Assembly (NCBI GenBank): GCA_037379345.1
Contig: CM074523.1
Coordinates: 2,426,525 to 2,490,524 of the forward strand
From: Perna viridis
Taxonomy: Eukaryota
DNA: 64,000 bases
Direction: 5' to 3'
In this document: in pieces, positions 41,501 to 53,500 of the stretch
How positions within the stretch are numbered: the stretch's first letter is position 1
Layout: the number at the start of each line of letters is the position of its first letter
Made by a program: the position numbers and the translations under genes
The notes under the pieces: generated by a model
Databases searched by the model: none
What the model was told of the DNA's origin: nothing
Seen by the model: only the letters and a program-made list of their open reading frames with translations

Positions 41501-44500
41501 ATCTACTGCCAGACCTTCTGTAGTTGCCAAACCAACATCAATAATTGGTTCTATCTGCGTGAAACCTAAAAATTTTTTTTTTTAATTTTGAAAATAACTG
41601 CCATTCATAAACTGTTATGACAGAGATATGTCTGTAGTACATTTTTGCAGTTATTCAAAATATTGGTCATATGATCTATAATGGTTTCTGAACAAAAAAT
41701 AAAAGTGAATTTGGTGGGTTTTTGACATAAATGAATCAACCTCCTGTCTGATTCTTACAAAGACTGATACTTCATTATCTAGATTTCTGGTTAAGACAGA
41801 AATATGTTCAATGATAGTAAACAGGCATTAAAGATTAGGATTACCTTCAGTAAATATATTAGTATGTGTGATGAACTTATTTTCGCTACTTCTTTAGTGG
41901 ACAAAAATAGAAAAAGAAAACTAGAACCCTTCAAACTGATTTTTTTAAACACTATAAAAAGCTAATCCTTTTTTTTTTCTGGAACCCACGAAAAATTGAT
42001 AACAATGAATATATTGCCAGAATCCATGAGAATTAATATATTTACAGTATACCCAGTGCTATACAACTTCTTTATAGAAGACTTATTATGAGTAGGACTT
42101 CTGAAATGCTACTGATTATTTTACCCATAGGAAATGTAATCAAGGGAACCAAGGTTGTATCGGTAATCTAAAGAATGTAATCAAGGGACAAAGACCAGAC
42201 ATAGGAAACAGACATACACAACAAAGAACATAAAGTAACTAAAATCATACATACAAAGTAACAAAAGCAAATGAGCAACTCAGACTCCACTAAAAACTGG
42301 GAGCATGGACCAGGTGCACCGGTAGTTTAGGAAACAAGTTTGTTTAAACCTGATTTACATTAAAACGATACCTATCTTCCTCATTCCTCACAAAATAGTT
42401 TTGACATTTCCTGGTTGACATATTTTTGATTAGGGAATAATTTAATTTCTGATGTAACACGCTTTCTGATTAGATAAAAAAAAATGTGTCCATTAACTTA
42501 TAAACCAAATTTTGTTATGCGACTGATGTTGTACTAAAATTAAACTATAAGGAATGACTGTAATATTCAGACATGATTTTACAAGGTCTACAAAAAAAGT
42601 GGAAATGGCAAAATTGGAAGTAAATATCCAATAAAAAAAAATTGTAATGGTAAAATCCAGATTTGAAATAGCGGATTTCTGCTAAAAAGCAGAAAAAAAT
42701 TATGCCCGATTATTATTTCATGTTATATGAAATAACCTCAATGCCCACAGTGCACACTTAAAAAAAAACCTTGCCATGCTGATAACCTGAGGTTATTTCT
42801 TCATAGACCCAAAAAATATATCAGTCATTCCTTAAATACAGCTGTGTTACATTCATTCATATCTTTGACAGTAGGGTCCTAACTTACTGTTAGATAAAAT
42901 CTTCCCTCTGAATATCTTGTCATCTACAACATCAGTCCAGAAAATCCAGCTCTCTTCATAATAGAAATCCAGGGCGATGGTATTGCGTAATCCAGACACC
43001 AACGATGCGTAGTTGAGGTTATTTAAATCAACCCGTCTCATCTCATGACGGTTGGAGAAAATGATATAAACTGGTTCTTTTACTGAAAAATATGCATGTT
43101 AAAGTTACCAGTACATTAAATAGACCTGAAGTTAAAAATACATACATGTACAAGTATTGAATCTATTTAGCCAGGATTTAGTAGACATGAAAAGCATCAA
43201 AATAGCCATGAATGATTATCATTGGTTGCTTAGAAAAGACATAAATCAACTGGTTACACTCCGATAGTCACACAATAATTTAGTGTAGAAATTACTACAA
43301 TTAATATTGTGCCAGTATAGCCGGGCAATACAAAGTCCCCTTCCACAGGAAATATCTGTTGAAGAAAACAGTATGCAAACTTAATGCATAGTTTGCTAAC
43401 AAGAAAAGTGCAGAAAACTAAGTTGCATTAATTTTCTAAGTCATAAAAAATCAAAAGACCAGAACAAAAACTCAATCTGCACCTTGTCATATGGTGAAGC
43501 AATGCACTAAACATCAAATGTACATCTTCAAGCATGACAAAAAAAAGAGTGGAAAACTGAGTTTTTGCATCAATTTTCTAAGTCCAAGGGCCATAACTCA
43601 GCAAACATTCTAAGGACTTGAACAAAATTTGAACTTAATCTGTAACCTGTCATGGTTAAGTAATAAACCAAATATCAAATGTTTTGCAGCAAATACGGTA
43701 GAGCTTTAAAAAACTGAGTGACTAACAGATGGACAGACTGCAAAACTAAATTCCCTTCAGGGAAAATCTCAGAGAACTAATAATCATGTCAAACTATTTC
43801 CTACCTAGTATAAATATGTATAACTACAGTACCTGAACTGATCCGTGCAACAAAAATTACGATCGGTCATCATCGCCGATCAGTTTCTGGTCAGTCATCG
43901 ATCTGTCAAACTAATCAATTAAACCGGTGATCGTATCACGTGACCACAGAGCGGTAATTTACGGTTTTTATTGTTTTCTATGTCAATTTTACACATATTT
44001 ACATAATGCAATAGATTTAAACATCAATTTATACTTTTATTTTACATTTATTTTATTTCAAACACATCTTACGTCATTTTACATAACAAAACTGCAATCA
44101 GATTGGTCACCGGTCATCGGTCATCTATTTGTCAGCAATCAATCAGTCAACGGTCATCGATTTGTCAAATTGTTATGTGGATCCGTTCAAGAACTGTATA
44201 TGTTACCTAGTTTACATGTAAAACCATCTCTTACCTGGTTTGCACGTGTAGCCATCTTTTGCAATCAGGAATCCCTCAGAACATGTACAATAATATCCAT
44301 TTTCCTTATCTTTGTCCTCCACACATTTCTGTCCACAGATTCCCCACTGACCACAGATACTACGGTTAGTTTCTGTCAACATAAAAATAGCCAATTCAAC
44401 TTATAAACCATTCATAGATTCAATGCAATTAACACAACACCTCTTCAAATGCTTACTATGCTACTGAAATACAGTTCTTAGTTTAAAGGGATATAATCAA

Positions 44501-47500
44501 TGTAAATAACACACAAACAAAATTTTCTACAGGAAAATAATCTTATTTTTACCTTGACAAGTTTTATGGTCCTGTGAGAGTTTCATACCAGGTGGACATA
44601 TACAAAGAGGTCCCCATGGAGCTCGGGTACAGTTAGTACAACCAGAATTGTCACACAATGTCTCATCTGAAATAAATAGTCTAAAGTGTTGAATACTAAA
44701 GTGTTGAAGATATAATGCATGATAAAATTTACTTTCATTCTTAGGCCAATTAAAAAAAGTCTTGGTTCTCAGTCCCTCCCCCATACATTAATCACAATTT
44801 TAAGTCAGTCGCACTGCAAAAGAATAAAAACATTACAATAATTTGTGAAGATATTAGATTAGATTGCCACTTACTTTTACACAGTCCACCTTCATCATCC
44901 TTCTGTGGACACTCTGTTGTACCATTACAGAGAGCGAACGGACTGACACATTTCTTATCACCATTGCATTTATAATTAGGTATGTCACACTTAACTTCTG
45001 AAATCAAAATGAGGCAGTTGTTTACTTGATTTTATGAAGTCAACTAACAAAGAAGAACTTGTCAAAATCAAAAGTAATTTAAGAGAGAACTGTTATAGTT
45101 CCCATTCCATTTACCAGGAGAACTGCTATAGTTCCCATTCCATTTACCAAGAGAACTGTTATAGTTCCCATTCCATTTACCAGGAAAACTGTTATAGTTC
45201 CCATTCCATTTACCAGGAGAACTGTTATAGTTCCCATTCCATTTACCAAGAGAACTGCTATAGTTCCCATTCCATTAACCAGGAGAACTGTTACAGCTCC
45301 CATTCCATTGACCAGGAGAACTGTTATAGTTCCCATTCCACAGAATAAAATAGAAAATAGATGTATATCAAATACCCAAGTCAAAATATGAAAAGACAAG
45401 ACAAGATATTGGCTATAAAATATCAATTATTTAACCTTTAAGTCAAATTTCAAGGTTAAAGACAACGAACTTTGGTATACAACATCTTCATATAATCTAG
45501 CTACATTACAAATATGAAATCTTATGTTAAAAGATAAAAAATGTTATGACCCTGATAAGAAAATGGCTGTAAAAAATCAATTATTTGACCTTGAGGTCAA
45601 TCATTCAGGTCATAGGTCACCAACATTGATGGGGGAAACATCATTTTCAAGAGATATTTAGACATTCCAAATATACAAAGCCTTTGTCAAAAGATAAAAG
45701 TTATGACCAGCACAAGAAACTGGCTTTAAAATATCAATTATTTGACCTGCATATCAATGGTCAAGGTCAGAGGTCATCAAATTTGGTACACTACATATTT
45801 CCATCAAATGATTTACTTACAAACCAAATACCAAAAGCCTATGTCAAAAGATAAAAAAAGTTATGGCCAAACAAACTTCATATATGAGGAAGAAAAAAAT
45901 TCACACAAAAACAACGACTCCCTTCTGGAGAAGAGGAGACATAAAAATACAGAAAAAATGATAAAATCTTGATTTTTAAAAAGAGGAAGTATAGTATATT
46001 TAGACAGGTTTCTTTGTCTAAAATATCTACCCAGTACAGATCCAAATGTCCAAAACTATCCTTAAGTTTAATTATTGAATTATCAGCCTATGCCTTATTT
46101 CATCTTCTTCATTGTTAATGTTCATTCCTTATCCCTTGAATACATTCTTTTTGATAACCATTCAAATCCTGGTTCACTAGACTTCCCTTTCTTTTCTCTA
46201 ATATTAAATTGGAACTACAATATAACTGAAAAATCATGCATGATTCTTGAAACTTTGAAACAAACTTGCATGCCAGTTTTATTTTAATTTTTTCCACCAT
46301 ATTTATAAAAAAATACAATTAATTTGACCTAAATATTAAACATTACCACAATTTTCCTCATCGCTGTGATCAGGACAATCAGCCTCACTATCACATCTCC
46401 AGGCAATGGCAATACATTTGTTATCCTTTTCACATTTCCATTCAGTTTTACTGTCACAGCTCACAGTTATATCTGGAAAAAATGGTTGCGTTTTAATTAC
46501 ATAAGGCCATAAAATTAAAAATAATATGGACGGAGCATCAGCAAAGTCCTATATATGTAAAATGTAAAACCATTAATGCATAGATATTAACCAAAAAAAA
46601 AGCACTTAAATGCTTTATAAAAGACTATCTAGATGTATATCTGATGGATGTTAGCTATTATTTTTATCCTTATATGTGAAAATTTTTAGCAAGTTAAATA
46701 TAATTATAAAACTATCATGTGCCATCCACCTTCACAGATCTGATTGTTATATGGATTATAATGGATGATCAATAAATGTACGTCTCTTTCAATTCAACAT
46801 GTAATTTCACTCGTTCTCATGCTAGGCATACCCCAATACATACAGGAAGTAGACATTGAACAGCTAAGGAAATCACTTACAGCCTATGCCCTATCTAAAT
46901 GAAGCCATACACCAAATTTGAAATCAAACATTCCATTAGGTTAATTGTAAAGAAATATATAGCTGGACAGACGGATGGATGGAATGACTGACAAGGTGAT
47001 TCCATTATGCCTCCTACTTGATGAGTATAATGATGAGGGAGTATTTTTGCACTTGAAGATGAATACCACTTACTTTTACAATTCTTCTCATCACTATCAT
47101 CCATACAGTCAGAATCTCCATCACATTGGTATCTCTTAGAAACACATTCTCCGTCATCACACTGAAACTCAGACGCTGCATTACATAAATTAGGTTGGCC
47201 AGTATAATCTGAAAATAAGATGTGAAAAGCATATAACAGAGATGGAAAATATTATATTATAAAAAGAAAATTTTGCTTTAAAAAAATAAAGTTTGCAAAA
47301 TTCAACTTGAAAAGCAGAAAGATTGTGGCTAGTCTTGTTTGTTTGTTGGGGTTTAACGTCCGAGCAGCAATATTCAGCTATATTTAGACGATTGTGGCTA
47401 GTCCACACAAATATAAAGAGAGATTCATATTCCAAGGTCACATCTCACCTCCAGTATATTTTAAGAAATGCAAGATTTCATTTTCATTTTTTTTTTCATT

Positions 47501-50500
47501 GTCATTTTTTTAAATATATTCTGCACCTGTTTTAAAACAGAAATAACTCTATGGTATATGAAGAACAGTACTTGTTGCTCACCCAGACACAACCAGCAAA
47601 ATTAATTTGCAAATTTCAAATTGATTTGTACATCCAAATTTCAAATCACAGAAAACATAAATTAGTAACCATATTGCTAATAATTTTTGGATGCCAGTTT
47701 TTGGCAATATTGACGCAAAATGGTAGAGAGTTATCATTTATTATCGACATATTTTGACTGCAGGGATGATTTTACTAGGTCAATAAACAAAGAGGATATT
47801 GGCAAAATCGGAAGAAAATATTTAATAAAAAAAGAATAGTAATGGTAAAATCCAGATTTGAAATAGCGGAAATCCATTAAGAATGAAGAAAATCATCCCT
47901 GTGAGTGTTAAGTGGCATTTTTAAAAGTACTTAAGTCCAGAAAAATATTTTGGTAGTATAATGAGCATAAATGAAGCTTTTTATCACAAACTGTTTACCT
48001 AATGTATTAATGTGTGCCTTCTCTTACCTCTACAGTTCAATTCATCTGTTGCATTGGCACAGTCTGAAACCCCATCACATCTAAGTATCAATGAAAGGCA
48101 CTTATTGTCCTCAGGACACTGGAATTCAGTTCTGGAGTCACAGAAACTTTGGCATCCATCCTGAAAAGATAAATAAGTCACCATTACAAACAACTGGTAA
48201 CAGTAGTGAAATCAACAACCTTATCAATCTGGCTCTAACTAAATACATACATCATACAGACTATTCTAAATCTCATGCAAAATCTTGTACTTTACTGTGT
48301 CCATGGTTACAAGATTATACCCAAACTTTCTCAGGCTCTAAATTAATATTTAGACTAGAAATATTGAATGTAATGTTATCATCAAAGATAACTCCCTCTC
48401 CTGTTTGATAACATGCACCTTGCTTAGGATCTAAATCTAGAGTAGAATGTGCACAATTTGAATATAGAATTAAACTACTGAGAAAATTATATTTCATTTT
48501 GTGGTGTAGGAAGAGCTATGGATAAGAGATATATGTAAACTCATAAATGGCAAAGTCAATATTTTTTCTATGACCCCCCCCTCTTCCCTCACACACAAAT
48601 ACACACAAAATTCAAATAAAAAACAGAAATAGGAAAGGCACATGTTCAATATTTAATTAGAAACTCTATGAAAAGTGTCATCAAATTCCAAGGAGAGGTG
48701 TAAGTGTACGATATAAGAAGGGCACCTCTCCAGGTATAGAGGCATGGACAAAAAGATGTACAGATGTAAAGAAGAATGAACAGGACACTGTCACTATACT
48801 CCCCCAATGTCCTAGTGAAATATACAGGCAAAATTATTGCACATGATTTTCACCTGAATTAAGCAAATAAACTAAGTGACAGAGTTCACACGAAATTCAG
48901 ATGAATGGAGCCTTCATATGAAATTCACACAAAAAGTTCACATGAAATTCGTGTTTAGTGAATTTCACATGAAAATCATGTTAATTTCATGTGAAGCTCG
49001 ATTAACATGAATTTCACATGAAAAATATTTGCCTGTGTAGAAAGATAAGGAATTAACGAAGTTTGAGTGTTGAATGTTGTGTTGCAAATTGAAAAAGGTA
49101 ATTAGCATCACATAACATATACATAACAATACAGTCCTCTATCTCTACACCCACTTCGCAAGCAGAAAAAGTAACCAAGGGAACCAACATTATAGCGGTA
49201 ATCAAAAGAATGTAATCCAGGGACAAAGACCAGATATGGAAAACAGACATACACAACAAAGAACATGAATTAACTAAAATCATACATACAAAGTAACAAA
49301 AGCAAATGAGCAACTCAGACTCCACTAAAAACTGGGAGCATGGACCAGGTGCACCGGTAGGGTAAGCGTCCTCTGCCTTTCTAGAAATATCCGCTGAGTT
49401 GCTAAGGTATAATTATACATACCTCATCAGAACCATCTGGACAATCCTTTGCTCCGTCACAGACAAAATCTTGGTCTATACAGTGCCCACGGTAACAGGT
49501 AAACTGCACTTCACTACAAGTGTTGTCCTCTATAATGATAAATCAAAGTACTGTAGTACTGATTAAATACTGATTGTAACAGAATGATGAATAAATTGTC
49601 ATGTTTTGTGCAAACTTAAAAACAATAACTAACAATCAAACTAAAAAGAAAAGACTAACTAGCATGTTACAGATGGTTTATGGTCATTTATAGAAAGTAA
49701 GAGTTTTAACACAAATTAGTTGATATATGATACAATACTCTGTTCTCCTCTATTTCAAAATAGTTCCCTGAGTTAAAGAATCATTTGTGGAGTTCAATTT
49801 TTTTTAATATTTACTAAATTATTCACTAGACTAAAATAATTCTTATCAAATTTCATGTTAATGAGAATGATTTTGAATAAAGTTATAAATATATATTAAT
49901 ATTTTAGGATTCTTGTATCTATTTATAGTTCAAAAAATAAAATGGAAAGTTTTTCTTTGTGTACTATTGTAACTGAATTTCACAGGGATGATTTTTTACT
50001 GTTGAGTATAGTGTAAAAATTCCAATGTTATCAGTACATGTATAAGGTATTTTGAAAATAATAGTTATATCTTTATTTCATTTCAAATTAAGTCTGAAAA
50101 ATAATCCCATTGATTTAGAAATGGTGTAACTTACCACAATATGCTTCATCCCCATTGGTTGAGCAATCTTCCTGTCCATCGCACCACCAATCCCTGGGAA
50201 TACATGTCCCCAAAGGACAACGTACTTGGTCAGTATCACATCCTTCCGCTACAAAATACACATATTATTTTGAAGAACTTTTGAAATTCTGAAGACTGAT
50301 ATATGATACAATACTCTGTACTCATAAAATTGTTCACAGTAAATAAATGTGATTTTTTTTTAAAAATCACATTTATTTACTGTGATTATAATAAAATTAA
50401 TAAAAATATCATAGACAATTTCCATGGAAAATGGCAGGAAATGAATACATAAACTTTGAATGTCCTAAATAACTCTAGTATGAAAAATAAATAACGCAGA

Positions 50501-53500
50501 GATTAAGGGAAGACGAAATCAAGTGAACCATAATTCAAGTGGAAATAAAAAAAAAATCTATTCAAAGGATAAAAAGTAGATAGACAAAAAAGATGAACAC
50601 AACAACAATCATGAAGTAACCAATACAAAACATATAAAGAAATAAAAGCAAATGAGCAACCCAAACTCCACTGGGAGCATGGACCAGATGAACCCAAACT
50701 CCACTGGGAGCATGGACCAGGTGAATCCAAACTCCACTGGGAGCATGGACCAGGTGAGTGGTAGGGAAAGCATCCTCAGCTTTCCTAGAAACACCCTTGG
50801 AATTGCTGATGTATCATCTGGTGGAAAGGAAACTTCAATCTGTTCATTATTTTGATTTGTTAGAGAGTTATCAACTTTTGACAATGAAAAATCCCTGTCA
50901 TTTCTGACATAATGATGAGTTCAACATAACAATGGAACAAAAAAATAATGGAGGGACAGAATTTTCTCTCTGTCACCCATATTAAGACGATCTGCCTGGT
51001 TTCTGTGTGACAGTCATTTACCCCATATAGACTACTTAAAGTTGAATATAAGTTATGTGATGCATGATATATGTGCTACACATGAGAATTTTATTATAAT
51101 CATGTTTTAGTTTACATATGATTATTGTATGATCAAATGTTTTTATGTGTTTCAAAGCCAAATTAACATATGTAAATTATCATATGATTACTGAATGGTT
51201 ACCCTATGTGACATACTTGTCTGTGTAGAGGGATTTTCACTTAAAACAATGACTACTTACACACAATACAGTCAGGAGCATGACTTCCTTTACAGTCTTT
51301 GTTCGCTGTAATAAGAAATAATATTAACAACAAAATGTAGATCATTAATGTCTTTGGAGTTAAATGTTGTCTACATATCATTGAAATACTCATTTCTCTG
51401 AAAAATTTAATATACTCAGAATGTGATTATAAGTAGAAATCTTTCACTATGGAAATGATGTAGCCCTCCTGTAATTAAACCATCTCTGTACAATTTCAGT
51501 ATATATAAATATTCCCATACATACTATCACAACATTTTGTTTGAAGGTGTTTTCAGTTTCTTTTTACGGATGATTTTTCTATGATACATGTTATGTGTCT
51601 TGTCCACACAATTTTTGATAGATGTCACTCTCTAAATTGAACTTACAAATTATACATGAAGAGAGATCTATTGGGTAAAGTGTCCCCCATTACAAATTAT
51701 TATTTCTGTTTTCTCACAATACCTTAGACCAATACTAAGCCAAAAGTACATGTAACTTCTCTAAAATATGCCCAGTTACCAATCCATTGTTCTTAGTAAC
51801 TTAAAATAGTAATAAATTAAACATGATTTTTTACCAAAAAAAACTACAGGCACTGTGTTATGAGAATGTACAAATATAATTTGACTATAACAAAATCACA
51901 CATACCAAGACATTTATTAGAAGAAGAATCCATCTTGTATCCAGCAGCACACAGACAATTCGCTTCAATACCTTCCCCTGTCACATTTAGAACACAAAGC
52001 TGAGGACATCCTTTATAAGCACATGGATTCTGTAATCCACCTGTTAATAGATCATTCATTTCATTATTTGAATTTTCTTCCCATATTTTAACATCAACTG
52101 CCACTTCAATATCCCTTAATATCACCACTGAATAACTCTACTCCCCATCCCAGTAACCATTAGGCTGAAATGTAAACAAGGTCAGCAAGGTCGACAAACA
52201 GGAAGTTGGTGCCTCTTCAGTCTGAAATTGAATTCCTAGAAAACATCAAGTAGCTTTCAAAATTACATAATTGCCGACAAAATTGTTGACAGGTGAAAGC
52301 CCACTAAATTATTCATTTTTTTTGGAAAGTGGTGAGGGCTAAGTGTGGTAATTCTGTTGGCGGAGTTACCCCAACAAATGGTACTATAGTGTGGCAGGTA
52401 CAAATTTGTTGAATCAAAATGGTGGTGCAAAAAGATCAGCTAGATATGGTGATTAATTACAAAATTTTGAACAAAATCTGTTGAGTTGTTTCTGAGCAGT
52501 GTTATGTGTAGAAGGTCAAGTATGGAGGAATGGAGGGACACTGGTATTTCTACTGGTCCTTCGCCATCCCAGTGTAGTGGGGCAAAAAATGTCAACAAAC
52601 ACTGTGAACTGGAATTAGGGAAGTTTTGTAACAGCTTGATTGACACACAGAATGATTCAGACTACTGTAAACATATTAATTTTCGTGGTGTACTAATTTT
52701 CGCTATTTTCGTGGCTGCCTCTAAAACAATAAAATTAGTACCTGTGAAAATATATCCACATTAACAAGTCCTTTGACTGTTCTAATTGTGGTTTCCCAAA
52801 TTTTGAATGGAAACATCATTTTGTGTTAGGGTTGTTTCATTCAATGCAATCAAGTATGAATTTATACTACGTCTATTATAAAAAACGTATATGGTAAAAG
52901 CACATGGGTTATAATTTCTAAATTTGTGATCTTGTTTACATATTTGTATCAATGGCTATAGAGTACTTGTTACATCAAAGAATAGAAATCAATACTGTGC
53001 AAACTTCTTATTCACAAAAAGAACAAAATGCTAGCATTGTTAAACACACACTACAGGTAATCACTACAATAAAAGATTTAAACCGTTTTACACATGCTGA
53101 TAACTGTCAGGTAAAAGTTATTTTCTGAAAATGCAATTAAAATGTCAAAAGTTAATCCCTACAATTAGCTACAGCATAGGCAATTATGTGAGTTCTTTTT
53201 AGTTTTAAATAAGAATACAATTAAATTAAAATGGCCAGAGGAAACTATGTGAACTTATCAATTTGTTCTTGTATTAACGGCCTTCATTAATTTCATTGAA
53301 ATATTAACGGTAAAATAACTTATCAAATGAGAGATCACGCACTGCCGTTAGTACTGAAAACTTAATTTCTTCAACCTTGAGAACCGCGAAAATTAATACC
53401 AGCGAACATGTTAACTTCTCAAAAACCTTGAAAATTAGCTGCCAAAAAAATTAATATGTTGGTTCCAGTCTGTCATGTTATGGCAGAGTAAAATTCAAAA

